Assembly: GCA_050575255.1 (NCBI GenBank)
Contig: JBNZDD010013730.1
Location: 9,791,849 to 9,855,848, forward strand
Direction: 5' to 3'
DNA: 64,000 bases
From: Harriotta raleighana
Lineage: Eukaryota
The position numbers and the translations under genes are program-made. Below the pieces are notes generated by a model that was not told the origin of the DNA, did not search any database, and saw only the letters and a program-made list of their open reading frames with translations. Shown here one piece after another: positions 15,309 through 28,995 of this stretch; position 1 is the stretch's first letter; each line of letters starts with the position of its first letter.

Positions 15309-15753
15309 AGTGTCAGCCTGCCTTAGTGGCAGCATTCTCGCCCCTGAGTCAGAAGGTTTTGCAATAAGCCCTACTACAGGACATGGAATCACATAGTCTA
15401 ATGTGAAACTCTCATTGCATTGGTAATGACGTGTTGCATTGTCAGAGGTACCACACTTCCAATGACCTGTTAAACTGAGGTCCTGTCTTCCTATTCAGGT
15501 GGACATTAAAGATCCCATGCTACTGTTTAAAAGGAAGCAGCTTTTCTCCCGGTGTCCTGCCAACAATTCCCTAAATAAAATTGGGCACTCACTTCATGGT
15601 TGTTTGAGTGTCATTGGTGTGTGCAACTGGTTGCTGCATTTTGCCCACAAAATATAACCTATCCACCACAGAATTTCCTGTGAAGTGCTTTGAGACATTT
15701 CAACAATTGGCTGAGATGCTATATCAAATGTGAGAATTACTATTTTATTATTA
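15309..15753 (+). mobile_element. Older Deu-domain-type SINE, near full length
   Basis: tRNA-like head (cccctgagtcagaagg), caggtggacattaaagatcccatg and ggtgtcctgccaacaatt central motifs, L2-like tail; family name from recall. Confidence 0.65.
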
Positions 15754-16426
15754 TTTTTCCAACTCTACTCCAAAGCTTTTGCTCTGGGGAATATCTGAAC
15801 TCTTCTATTCTGTTTTATGGGCATCGCTGTCATATCCTTCTTTCTCATTTTGTGCTTTTTATTTTGCTGCAAAATGTTGGCAGTGGCAAACATGTATAGT
15901 GTAATGAATTCTCCCTGTTATTAAAATGACTGATTTTAAGCACAAAACACCATTAACCCATTTTATCCTAACCTACAGGTGATTTTTTTTTTTGAATTGG
16001 TATGGTGAGAAGGGGATGTGTTGTGTTGCCATCAGAGAGGAAATGTTGTTATTTCTACCCCCCAAATCTATGCATTAATGGTTTCATGTTTTTATTTTAT
16101 GTATTGCATTGCTGAACAATGTCTTGCAACACATAAATCCATAAGATCTACCAATAATGACAATATAATAAAGATTCCTTTGAATTCTGGATTTAGTCTT
16201 GCAGCATACAAATAACATGCAGCTATGTTGTGTATTTTAAACTATAATTTGTGTTTGTTTGCATTTGAGATGTGATCTATTTGATTTCATCGGCATTGAC
16301 TTTTCATTCTTTTCATTGATAAGTAGTATTGGAGAAACATTACAAGCATACAACTATAAGCCTTCAAGTATAATGTGTTAATCAGTTCTTAAAATAAAAT
16401 TTGGTATTTCTTTCATTAATGTTATA

Positions 16427-16731
16427 TAATAATAAGCCTTGCATTTGATCTAGTGCTGTTCAAGTCTTCTTGAGGCGTCTCAAAATGCTTCACAGAATAC
16501 ACTGTAAAGTGGCTATATTTATGGGCGAAACGCGGCAGCCAGTTGCGCGCAGCAGTGTCCCACAAACTATCGTGGATTGAGTGACCAAATTATTATTGTT
16601 TTTATTTTCTTGAGGGATTGTTATCAGGCGTGTGGAGTAAGAAAACTTGCCCAAGGTTTTACCCTTCCGTGTATCAAACCCAGAACTATTGCTTGCGAAG
16701 CAAGTGCTCTAACCACTGAGCTACAGGACTT
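16427..16731 (-). mobile_element. Full-length copy of the same tRNA-derived SINE
   Basis: Reverse complement aligns end to end by eye with 31467-31773. Confidence 0.88.
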
Positions 16732-19700
16732 CACGAGGTTTAGTATCAACCACCACTTCAGGCAGCGAGTTCCAAGGAGTTCCACATTGTGCTGAGTGAA
16801 GTAGTTCCTCCTAAATTCTCTTTTAGATCTCCTAGTCACAATCTTATAATTGTGCCCCTGGTAACGACTTTTCAATAAGTGTAAAACAACCTATTAATGC
16901 TAACTTTATTGAACGCTTTTATAATTTCAACACTTCATTGTGAAAAAAGAGCACCAGCCTAACTTGCACAATTCTTGAGATCTGGGAACTGAATTCTTCA
17001 AACACAGCCAATGGCGTAACAAATGTCTCAACACTTGAGATCAAGTGCTGAGAAAAAAATGCATATTTTTTACCTGGACAGTATTAATGCAACAAGCATA
17101 TTATTCATTAGTGTGTACCACGTCAGTATTTATTCCTTTGGCGTGAATTTGTGAACTGATTAAGATTATTTTCTAGGAGAAGCAAACTTTTCACACATTG
17201 ATCATGTGCTCATGGGTCATGTGTATCATGGGTCAGGTAGAGAAAAGCTCTGTACTCTGCCCGGTGTTTATACCTTAACTCCAACTTCACAAGAGCATGG
17301 TTTGCATCAGCGTGAAGATGAATATTACCCTTTCCACACACTCGCCATTAATTTTGCCTTTCTTTTAGATTTCTAATTTGCTTTTGTAGGAAAAATCAAA
17401 TGAAGTACTGCCTTAAAGCTTTTTAAACTTGTTTCATGTAGAGCTCTACAGTCATTAGTGAAAATAATCTTTCATCCAAGCAGCTCAGGCTCGTTTATGT
17501 TGCGTTCATAGGTTGAGGGTAAAGGACCACTGCATTACCTATTCCCCATGGTGCAATTCTATTGGAAATAATTATAATCTTTATAAAGCCATAATTTACA
17601 AGAGTTTGTGTGGAATGAGTTGCTCCATCATTCGTCTCTGTTCATAAAATAAAACAAGCTTACTCTATTCTGAGGTTTAATATGACGCCTGAGTTGGAAA
17701 ACAAACAAAAATTATTTATGGTGTTGTGCATTTTAATTGTTGGATTCTATTTTGTGAATAATTTGATATATGGTTTAGAGTTTATAGTGATAACGTCGCA
17801 GCATTCCTCGAAGGAAAAAGAAGTCATATTTAATGCTTCTTGGCAGCAGTTATTCCCAATGCTATTAACTGCCAGTGTTCTGAAACACAGCCAGAGAATG
17901 TAACCATTTGTATCGCAATGTTACAACATGTAAAGTTCTCATCTCAAAAAGATTAAAGGATGTTGTCCCAGTTCATATCACAGTTATACTTCAAACATGG
18001 ATTTCCCATTTTGAGAGTCAAACTTTCAGATGTTTTTAATATTGTTGTTTACACGTTACATTTTTAATGTTTTTAATTTAAGATTTTTTGTTTAAAAAAT
18101 CTAACAATTGAACTCTAGTCCCTGTCCCTTCAGTCTTTTCTTTTAATGCATCTGATTGTGTATTTTTCATATGCCACTCAGATTTAAAAGACTGGCTCAA
18201 AGACTGGAATGAGCCAAGAGTTAATAATAACAACAATAATACTCCTTGCATTTGATGCATCACCTCATCACGTCTTCGAGACATCTCAAAGCCCTTCATA
18301 GAATATACAGTAAAGTGAATTGAATGTATACATTTGTGGACGTAAAACGTGTGCACAGCCAATTTATTGAGTTATCAGTAATGTAAAATGTCTCCAAATC
18401 TCCATCGGCCCTTGGTTTCACTGCCACTGCCAAGCAACTTCCAATAGTTCCAGGCTCCCTGAATTGGCCATTTATTTTCAGATTACTGAAGTTCAAATAG
18501 AAATAAAACAGAAGTATTTTTGCTCTAAAAGCTTGTTGGGGAGAATAAGTAAAATCTTTTAACTTGTTCTTTTTCTTCAGTTGAATTCTTACCTTTTGTA
18601 CTCTCCTGTTTTTATTACATTTAAATTTTTCTGCATTTCTGAGTGCAGAAAGGTTATGAAAAGCAATGTCTCAATGGCTGAAAGTTAGTGCAGTCTCCTT
18701 TATTTCCTCCCATTTGAGGCTCAGCAACCCAAAGGATGGAATGAACAAAACGAGAATACGATCAAATCAATGTTTGATATTATAATGTATGTACTAATAC
18801 ACCCACCCACTCTCCCCCAAAACAATAATTGGAAGGATTTCTAACCTCCAAAAATCCAAACATTTCTACTTGTATTTGCTTGGTGTATTCTGTGCTGCAA
18901 TGACTCGTCATAATTCTCCCTTCTCCAGGAAATGCTTAGAAAATATGCTCCAGAGAACCTTCTATGCCATTATCATTGACTGCCTGGCAGAACTATGTGC
19001 TTATGTGACAAAAAAAAATTGGTGCATTGTGAATAAATATAAAAATTTGCATTTTTTCCATTACTTGATCAACTCATCTTTCATTTTGTCTTGTGTGCCA
19101 TTTTAATTTGTAACTCAGTGACATTCAAAACTGATTCCCATTATCCAAATCGTGGTTTCATGTAAAAAGCTATTTTTGCTGTGGATGATTTTCATCTTCA
19201 TGAATGCACACTATAAAGAATAAATGTATTTTGCTTTACCTATTTACAGGTCAGAGATGTCACATGTTGCCTGACTGTACTTGTGTTGCAACTTCAGGTC
19301 AAGCCTGCTAATAAATACATAAATGGAAAAAAACTAATTTTTTCCTTTTTAGACATTTATAATCAATGCATGAGTGACCCATGTTTGACTGAAAGGATCT
19401 CACAGAAAGTAAAATTATTCTCTTTTTCATCAATTGTCAATCCACTGTAGGAATGCACTTACACATAAGTTAATAAAACAGAGTAAAAAGATTAACATTA
19501 ACGTAATTGGAAATCATAATTTGCCAGTGAATTGTAATTTCAAATTCCGTTCATATTAATCTTTTTACTTTTGCTTTGAGCAAAATATTTGCTCAGTGTA
19601 TTTTGGGGAAAGGAATGTTTGCAGTACTTTTTGTATTGTAACTGCTTCAGATAGGATTACTCTATGCTTTGGCTTACAAGGTTAAGCACCTGTCTACGCC

Positions 19701-20199
19701 TGCATGTATGTTTGCTTTGGATTATTGCAGACCTGCCAAGTCTGTCACCTCAGAGACCATTCAGCCCACAGTTTCATAATATGCTGTGATGGATCCTTTC
19801 GCTGTGGTGTAGAAGATGCAGTATTTGTGATTAACATCACACTGCTTTCTGGTGTCAGTAACAAATAATTAAGTCAGCACAACAGGTAGAAAGCCAATCA
19901 AGTCTTCACACAACTTATTCCTTACCCATTGGTCTTCAGAATAAATCAAAATTTTATTTTTCAATAGTGTATAGCCTGTAGCACTTTTCAAGAAATATGT
20001 CATACTTTAAATATGCAAGTTTTATTAATGCAAGTTTTCATACATGTGGAACTCCTACCATGATGTTTAACCTATTTAGTAGTTAATGAACATCAATGCA
20101 TAAAGCAAGTTCTACGTTTAAGTACTGATATGTACTGTTCTTGTATTTGCTGGTGGTGTGATCTATTCACTTAACCTTGTAGTTGTGGTTTAATTGCAG

Positions 20200-20301
20200 G
20201 GAGAATCCATCACATTTTGTGAAGAGAGCTACATTGCTCATCGTTCCAACACAATGAAACATTTCCTTCAAAATGCTGTTCAGCTTCAGCTCTTCAAACA
20301 G
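20200..20301 (+). CDS. DENND1B: DENND1B exon, dDENN: GESITFCEESYIAHRSNTMKHFLQNAVQLQLFKQ
   Basis: ttgcag acceptor, gtaaag donor, 102 nt. Confidence 0.96.
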
Positions 20302-20932
20302 GTAAAGCCTCATGTATTTGTTGTCTTTCTCAAATCACTGAAACTATTATGAATTTATCTGTTTTTAATAGAATAATCTGTTTCTGTACCACACATCTGT
20401 TTGCAGCATTTTTTGAACTGATATAAATTGTATATGATGATAATGAGTAATCTGTGTAGACTTATGACACGGAAGAATTTCTTGGGTTCTCTGAATAATA
20501 GTGATCTGTAGTTCAAACACATTTCAGCTCTCTAGAAGATCAATGCTCTTAAGTCATTTGATCAAAATGATATCCACAAAAAGTTGTCCATATCTGATCT
20601 TGTGAAGGAAAAGCTAAGTATTTTGGCCCACTCACTATTTGTAAGAATCTGTGCAACAAGAATCCAAAACGAATGTCGTTATTTGACTGGTTCATCATTT
20701 GCATCCCGTTGCTGCTGCCATTGTTATAATTTGCAGGATTGCATTTGTTTCATTTCATTGGTTACTGAATTGACATCCTTCATATTACCACTGACAGCGC
20801 TATTTGGGTATTCACTGATTGCACTTTATGGTCCAGTGAGTATCTGGCTTTATTGACCTTTTCAGTGTGATGACGCTTTATAAATTTTTTAAAAACAGGT
20901 TCACATTGGATATACTGTATAATTTGTTTCTA

Positions 20933-21668
20933 CAATTTGTTTGTATGTCTCCCCAAAACATCTTCCTTAATCACAATAAATAAAGTGAAAATATGTTGAG
21001 GCATTAGACTTTAGCTAAATATGTACAGCAAGCCTCATCTATTATTGTAATATAAGGCTGATAACGCCTGTCACCTAAATATCCTAAACAATGAATAATA
21101 TTTATGAAACTATTTTTATAACTCATCCATATTTACAGAATGAGAATTTGGTTTGTTTGTTAGTGTCATCCCCTATAACATCTTTGTAAATCTACTCTGT
21201 GCTCTCCAATAATAATAATTCTTGCATTTGATATAGCCTTCTCAGGTCGTTGAGATGTTTCAAAGTGCTTCACAGAATATACTATAAAGTGAATTGATTG
21301 TATATTTTGTGAACAAAATGTTACAATATATTAACATCTTCAGGGTGGTAGATCATAATTGTATTTCCATTTGGAAATTATAAATGAAGTATGGCCATCT
21401 ACTTTAAAGGATTTCAATTATTTGTACTGTATATAATTATTTTAACAAATGTGCAATGTAGAGAATGCTACCTGTGAATAAATGCTCAGGCATCTCATTT
21501 TATTGATGAAATGCTGGGTACTTGCACCACTTTCTGTACCTGAGAAGTGTGCTGTTAAAAAGCCACAATCATTGATGCCTATTATGTGTATGGAGCAATT
21601 TGTTTGTATGTCTCCCCAAAACATCTTCCTTAATCACAATAAATAAAGTGAAAATATGTTGAGGCATT
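20933..21668 (+). repeat. Exact 73-bp direct repeat (20933-21005 and 21596-21668)
   Basis: caatttgtttgtatgtctcccc...atgttgaggcatt identical in both copies. Confidence 0.95.
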
Positions 21669-21968
21669 CCTGCAGATGTAAAATGGCACTCAGATTAGTA
21701 TGTTTGTGCCAAATGAACTTTACAATGAAATCTTGCCATTAGCAGTTCTTAATAAATTGGTCTTTATTGATTAAATACTGTACCAATAATTGTATATCTT
21801 GGTGCACAGCAATATACAATTCTTATTTGTGAAGAATTGTAGTCTTAGTGTTTTAAAATATTCTGCGAATATTACAGACCAATGAAAGGAAGATGCTTAA
21901 AGTGTTTAAAGTTTTGCTTTACCTTTTCCAATTTAAGTATGTGTTTCTTGATTTTTTTGTCGTGTTAG

Positions 21969-22059
21969 TTTATTGATGGTAGGTTGGAAAAATTAAACAC
22001 TGGGAGAGGATTTTCAGATCTTTTTGAAGAGGAGATAACTTCTGGGGGCTACAGTGGAG
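21969..22059 (+). CDS. DENND1B: DENND1B exon: FIDGRLEKLNTGRGFSDLFEEEITSGGYSG(G), with FxDxF AP-2-binding-type motif FSDLF
   Basis: tgttag acceptor, gtgaga donor, 91 nt, phase 0 to 1. Confidence 0.96.
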
Positions 22060-22527
22060 GTGAGAATACCGCTTCATAAGATTCATTTGTTACCCCTCCT
22101 TATCTTATTGTTGGTCTGTGGAAGAAACTGTCAATTGTTGCAACTTGCATTCACAAAACTTCGCTCCAAGAGTTAAACAAATGTAGTGATGCATATTCAG
22201 GAGAAAACGTTGACCAAAAGCTCACTTCAGAGAGTTTTTATAAGGAGGTTTTTAAAGGCGGATGCAATGATAGCTTAGATGAAGTGTTTGAAATTGAAAT
22301 TCTAGTGTAATTCATTTTCAGAAAATTATACTTTAAATTCTTGTGTGTAGGTCATTACTGTGTGCAAATTGGCTGCCCCTCTCTTACAAACACGCAGTCA
22401 CTACGCTTCATACCAAAATCCTATGAAGTGGTTTCAGACTTCATCCTAGTATTATTTCATTTTTCATTTTTCAAAAATGGAATTACAGTACAATGTTGCA
22501 ATCCATTTCTTTGCATTCTGTCTACAG

Positions 22528-22568
22528 GAAGTTCAAAATCATATCAACAGTGGATGCAAACAGTCAAG
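22528..22568 (+). CDS. DENND1B: DENND1B exon: (G)SSKSYQQWMQTVK
   Basis: ctacag acceptor, gttaga donor, 41 nt, phase 1 to 0. Confidence 0.93.
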
Positions 22569-23195
22569 GTTAGAACAATGTACTGGTATAGATGTGAATG
22601 TATAGATTCTGTTCTCCGTGTTTAATTGGTAGGAAGTAATCAGCTTCATATGTATTCTGATAGCATTATTCTGTACTAAACTAGAGATATAACCAGAAAC
22701 TGCTGCGGTACATAAACTAGCGTATTCCATACTAATCATATTTAAATTTTTAAAAAACAAAGCAGGGCACTGAGATTTGGGGGATCACCAGTTATCCTTT
22801 CCACTTGAACTATCAAATCTTAACAAAACCTTTCCAGTTTACAAAATCTCATCAATGTGATTGCATCCACCAGTAGCATCTGATTGCCAAATAGCCACTC
22901 TTATGGTGGGAGTGGGTTTGGGATCGCTGAGTGGCAACACATTTGTGGACATGTTGACCTGATCACATGGTAACTGAGTGGGAAAATTAACGTTGCTTTT
23001 ATTTCAGATCTACTTTAGTTTTTCCTTGAATGATAAATTTGCTGGGTTATTGTTCATAAAGAGGATAGTAAGATTATAAAGATTTGGAGAAAGTAGAAAT
23101 TTAGAGTAAAATAATTTCAGACAAAATGTTGGGAAGTGCTGAATGGCTGACTCCTTTTACTGTTTTTATTAAAATCCAATACTGTTTGTTTGCAG

Positions 23196-23264
23196 AAAGG
23201 CGGAGCCCTTATTAATACAGTGATGACCAAAGCAAATCCAGCCATGAAAACAGTGTACAAATTT
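23196..23264 (+). CDS. DENND1B: DENND1B exon: KGGALINTVMTKANPAMKTVYKF
   Basis: ttgcag acceptor, gtaagt donor, 69 nt. Confidence 0.96.
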
Positions 23265-23790
23265 GTAAGTACATAAGTTAACTGTAACATTGTCACAGGT
23301 TAAATGATGAATATGTTAGGATTTACGTACTATAACTATTTATCCAGCTTTCGAATCCTTGGTTTAAAAATGTGACCTTTTGTTTACTTTTATAACTAAA
23401 CCTCAATATAGAATCTTCCTATAAATATTTAGGATCTTAATACAATTCAGAAGAATATACTTTCTGTATTCTAATGTGAAAATCCTAATTCCTTTTTTTG
23501 AGTGAGAAAACAATAACTCAGTAATAGTCACAATAACATGTTACAAAGATTTCATAAAGACTGTTGTGTATACACTACTGTATATACAGTATTTATGATA
23601 TACATAGCACACATTATTGTTGAATCATATAGTTTGAAGTTTGGACTGCAGTTATACTATCATTATGAGTTCATAATGCAATTTACTTCTTTGCATTGTT
23701 AAAATTTGCATCTATTTAAAGATAGCATTGAAAAGATATTTCTCATTTAAAATTTAAAAAATATATATTCTGTTCTTTTTTTTCTTCAAG

Positions 23791-23847
23791 GCTAAGAACC
23801 ATGCAAGGCAGGGGATCAAAGAAGTGAAGAGCAGGTTAAAACAGAAA
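23791..23847 (+). CDS. DENND1B: DENND1B exon: AKNHARQGIKEVKSRLKQK
   Basis: ttcaag acceptor after a long pyrimidine tract, gtatgt donor, 57 nt. Confidence 0.95.
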
Positions 23848-24423
23848 GTATGTACTATATCTGATTTCATTGACATTATGTTCTTTGATATGTTTGAACA
23901 ATCTAAAACAAGAAAGTTGCAAGCGATGTACCCTGTTAATGACTTGAGAAATTTGTTTAATCCTTTGTTCAGTAACATACATTTTTTATACCTGACCCTC
24001 AGGCTACCGTGAACTGTTATTATTTCACTTTGAGATTGAACAATCCTTTTCTTTGTTTGCATATTTTATCATTGAGATGTTGATATCCCTCAATACTATG
24101 TGCATTTTGATAAAGCTGATTGTTTTTTGAATTTACAGTTGGGAGTAGCAAATGTCAAACATAACTGAACTGTGGTGCTGAAATAATTTTGAATTTGCAA
24201 GTAAATTTGTGGGCAAGCATCAGTAGTCTGTGGGGGGAGAAAAAAGAAAATATTTTCTCGTGTATGTATTTTGTGGGCCTGAAACCTTATTGAGTTGATA
24301 GCAAGGGAAAAAAGGAATATTTTATTTTGATGAGGCACAGGATATAGGCTTTACACCACAGATGCAATTTCTCTGTTAAATTCTGGAATGAAATTAAACA
24401 ATATTTGATACTTTTTTGCATAG

Positions 24424-24543
24424 GAAACAAATGAGGAAGAAGATGACTCTCTTTGTAGTGATGGTCTATCTCCGAATTTGCAAAGGCGATCAAACTCCGA
24501 CCATTTACAAAATCGATTCCCAGCCACTAAACGCAAAAACAAG
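24424..24543 (+). CDS. DENND1B: DENND1B exon: ETNEEEDDSLCSDGLSPNLQRRSNSDHLQNRFPATKRKNK
   Basis: gcatag acceptor, gtaaga donor, 120 nt open, phase 0 to 0; loosely like the human ENEEDYGTC...KRK segment (recalled). Confidence 0.88.
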
Positions 24544-26810
24544 GTAAGACCAGCTTCATTATAGACATACCTATTATTGGTTTTGCATTAAAATAACTGC
24601 AGAAACAATCATTTTGTTCTTATGTTTCTATTTAGTTTCAAGCACCATTCTTCAGTTTCCACAGGGCTGATTAACATTATTAATGTTGCAAGGTAAACAA
24701 AGGATGCATTTTCAATTATACCATAAACTTTTATTTCACATAACTTTATGATCAAATTTTTACCTCTAAAAGTAACATGAAATTGGGTGCATAAAATTTG
24801 AATGCATAGCATTTAACCATAGCAATCACAAACAATGGAAGTTAAATTGAAATTTGAATCAGCAAACCAAATCTTACCGTAAAAAAGTTTTACTTAAACA
24901 ATTCTTTAATCATTTTAGATGCTATGACAGAACAGTTAGTGAAAGTTTCTCTCTCACTGTAGCAATTAAGAAAAAATTGATCTCCATTAGTCCCAAATGA
25001 AATTGATTTGTATAGTAGTCTCTCCCATTCCTGTGGACCTGGTAATTTTATGAAACATGATTTTTATAATAGAGGATTAATCTATCTGATATAGTAGCAC
25101 ATCTTTAGTTACAAAGAAATTGAACAGTGTTTAGTAAACAATTTTATCATTCTTTAGTCTGCTTTAGTTTATGTAAAGGATGTATTTCAGACCTAGAATA
25201 AGACATATTTCTCGGTAACATTACGATTTAAGAAAATATTCACAACAGTTCATTTTTGGACTTGAAATTATTTTGATAGACCTTGGATGAGAATTTCAAT
25301 TTGCTTGTTTCTGAATCTCAAATATTCTCCATCTCCTGCCTTGTAGATGGAAATAAATTCCACAATTGACATAGACTGTTGAAAAATCAATTTTTGCCTG
25401 GTACAAAAATATATTCTGTTGGATAGTAGTGGATTTCTTCCCCCTCACCCACCCCTTCCCCTCAAGGAATGACATTTTGCGCATAATCAATCTATTTGAC
25501 TTGTGCATTGTAATTTTTGCCTTTCGAGAGCTACAGAATTTCAAATAAGCAGTTATATTGCAGCTGGGAAAAGCAACAATGGGTTTAGATCATTTAGATT
25601 TTGCTTGTTGAGGTTTCACTATTGCTCCAGAATGAATGCAGTTACTTTCTAAAATAGTAGAAATCAAAATGAATTCTGTCGGCTGCATCTTTAACCTATT
25701 CAGTCTTCCGTAACATTTTAATTATCTGCAAAAGAAAACAGAGTTCGCTTTGTTCATATGATCAGCATTCTTAATAGACTCTGTGTCATTGTGGTGACAG
25801 TTGTCATGAGCTTTGTGACTCTTCAAACATGGACCAGCCACATGCAAAAACAATCTTGATATTTATTAAAGGGATATTCTATAATGAGCTTCAGTGCTGT
25901 TTGGCGATCACCTTATGTTTCATAGGAAGAAAAAATACCCATTTTTTTCTTTCCGTAAAAAAAAATTAAATAACACATTCTCATAGTTTTGAGAAACCCA
26001 TTTTGCATTATATTCCGAATTTACAGAGGTTAAGACAATTGACGCACATCATCTTCCACCTAATCCCAATGCTCTCAGCCACAAATCTCACTTTACCTTA
26101 CTGTGTTCAGGGGAGTGTGTCTCGCCCCAAGGGTATTATATTTACCTGTTCCTCCTCTGGAAAAAAAAACTTAATAGAGCAAATCCCTGACTCCCTTAAG
26201 AATTCAGTGGAAACTGTGGCCCAGCATTTCCACATCTGATACCTGATAACATACATCAGCTTGAACTCAACAGTATGGAAAACTGATGCTGTGACTTGAT
26301 GCTAAGGATTTTAACTTGTACATAATTGCATTCTTATTGTTTGCGCACTGTAACCAAACTTGGAATGTTTTCAATGTTTAAACCATTATTTAGCTTGTGT
26401 GCTTATGGAGATTCACTACAGATGCATGTTTGATAGAATTAAGCTGTGCGATAGACCACTATGTATATGGACTGGGAGGAAGGGAAGGGTTGACATTATT
26501 TATCTAAGCTGGCGCTCCTAGGAAGAAGAAAACAAGAATTGCATGTGGAGGGAGAAAAATGCCTGAATTGCGTGGAGGAGAGGAGTGGCTTTCTGAAATG
26601 CTTCTTTTATAATTTTATTCTTGCTTGCAACATGTTGGTTAATTTGATGAAATGTGAGATAATAGAATCCAAATTGGATATAAAAGAGCCTAAAAATACA
26701 TCTGTTTCTTAACTATACAATTTTAAGTTGCTATTCGGACTTTCTCGATAAACATTTTTGTTCATCTTCAAGCGCCCTGGTGTGATAACATCTTTTGCAT
26801 AACTAAATTA

Positions 26811-26825
26811 TGCCATCTAGTGGTC
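26811..26825 (-). promoter_or_regulatory. CTCF-like motif
   Basis: GACCACTAGATGGCA fits the CCASYAGRKGGC core. Confidence 0.45.
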
Positions 26826-27908
26826 AAATTTGACAGTTTGATCATGAATATGAAAGCAAGCAGAGTCTGTCTTTCCAGGTCAAAAGAAGTTTTAGAGATT
26901 TATACAACAGAGAGTAAAAAGGGTCGTAGGACTATTGATAACATTCGCTTGTTTGCATATTACATTATTAAATATATTTTAACTTGTGCGTAGTCAATTT
27001 TAGCCCATTACAGCCTTCACAAGTGAAGGAGCGTACACTTGCTACTTTTAGAAGTAAGGAACCAAGTACTACAGCTCCTCATTTGACCAGAATGTTGTAT
27101 CTTTCAAAACATTCCCCAGGATGAATCTTCTCACCATAACACTGACTCTCTCTTAAATGAAATATTTTTTTTAAAACATTTTTTTTTAAAAACTCCTCAA
27201 CAAATATCTCTCAATGTGCACTAATGGTTCATTCTTCAGGCCTTTACATAACCAGTACCAATAATGGGTGATATTTTAGTGATTCTGGCCCCCATGTTTT
27301 AAACCTGAAAGCCTGTGCCAGATCATTAATTCACTCAGTGGAAATTGTAATTCACTGGTTAATTGCATACAATTTTATACGATGATGCGCAATAATAAAA
27401 TAATACTTTATTTAGTATTATTTATTTAGTGGACCACGACATATCAAGCGACTTCCAGGATGGTGGAAGGTGAACTGGGTGGATTTCTTTCACCTAGTAA
27501 ATTGCTATGTTCCGATAATGCCTATAACTTTATCCAAAGCATTATCCAAACCAATCTTGTGATTGTTTGTAATTATTGTATTTACTGTGATAGATTTACC
27601 ACTACATAGCCTATCCTCTATTATAGCATGAAAAATTGAATGTGGAATGGTAACCAGCCAAAGGGAGAAAAAATTAGAAAGTTGTAAAGGAGTCCAAGGA
27701 GGCAACTAAGACATTATGAAGAGAATTTGACAGAATTTGTAAAACTAAGGTGATCGTTGGCAGAAGAAATTCAATGAGGACAAATGTAAATGACTGAAAA
27801 TTTAAATCTTTAGTTGTCACACATGGTTCCAATATTCAGCTAATTACAGAACAAACGGGTCTTTCGCCACAATAAATTTACGGTTGGATTATTTGAGGCA
27901 TCAGCATT

Positions 27909-28995
27909 TAACAACAACAACAAAATTACATTTGTATATCGGCTTTCACGCCGGCCAATGGGTTGGGCAGAAAGTGTTTCAGACGCGAGCTGGGTTTGGG
28001 ATCGGGGAGGGTGGAGGGAAAGGAGGAGATTTGGGGTAACTGATGGGACCATTGAAGAGGAGGGTCTTGAAGAGGCACTTGAAAGAGGCTAGGGAGGAGG
28101 CAAGGTGGAAGGATTGCAGGATGGAATTCCAGAGGTTGGGGGCAAAGTGGCTGAAGGCTCGCCCGGCGATAGTAGGGCAGGTGGGTCGGGTGACGTGGAG
28201 CAGGCCAGAGCCCACTGAGCGGAGGGTGCGGGCAGGTTGGTAGTGGGTTAGGAGATCGCTGAGATAGAGTGGGGCAAGGCCATGAAGGGCTTTAAAGATT
28301 AGGACTAGGATCTTGAATTGAATCCTCTGGGTGATGAGGAGCCAATGGCATCTGGCGAGAATGGGAGAGATGGGGTTCACAGAGTCGTGTGGGAGAGGAC
28401 ACAGGCTGCAGAGTTCTGCATGATCTGCAGCCTATGGAGGAGTTGGGAAGACCGATAAACAGGGAGTTGGCGTAATCGAGCCTGGACGTGATACACTCCA
28501 AAATAGTGCCTGGGTTTGTTATGTTGGAGTTCCATCCTTGGATAAAACATTAAATTGAGACCCTTATTCAAGTGGATATTAGAGATCCTAAAGCACTAAT
28601 TGAAAAGAGAAGGGGGGTTTTATCCTGTATCCTGGTCAACAATTCCCCCAGATAAAAATTGGCCATTCACTTTTTAGCTGTATGTGTGACATTGCTGTGC
28701 ACAATTTGGGTACCACATTTACATTCAGATAGACAGTCACTACACTTGCAGTATATCCCCTAAAGTGCTTTGAGATGTCCTATTGATGTGAATGGCACTA
28801 TATGTAAGCATAGTGTAAGGATTGTGAATGTAAGGCATGAGTGAGAATTTCAGCAGCCTGAGGGATAAGGTAGTGGCAAAGTCCGGCAATATTGCGGAGG
28901 TGAGGGAAGGCAGAGCGAGTCATGGCTTGGATGTGGGGGAGGAAAGACAGTTGAGGATCGAACAAGACACCTAAATTCTGACTAGGTTCCATATA
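27909..28995 (-). mobile_element. L2-type LINE fragment, interrupted at 28493-28834
   Basis: ORFs NLGVLFDPQLSFLPHIQ, ITSRLDYANSL and HWLLITQRIQFKILVLIFKALHGLAPLYLSDLL...APNLWNS; same (TTG)n tail. Confidence 0.9.
28493..28834 (+). repeat. 342-bp direct copy of 29752-30091
   Basis: About 10 substitutions and one 2-bp indel by eye. Confidence 0.95.

Noticed and set aside
26003-26239. ORF containing LQRLR, recalling an alternative DENND1A exon
   Set aside because: Similarity is limited to five residues, and no phase-compatible donor was found
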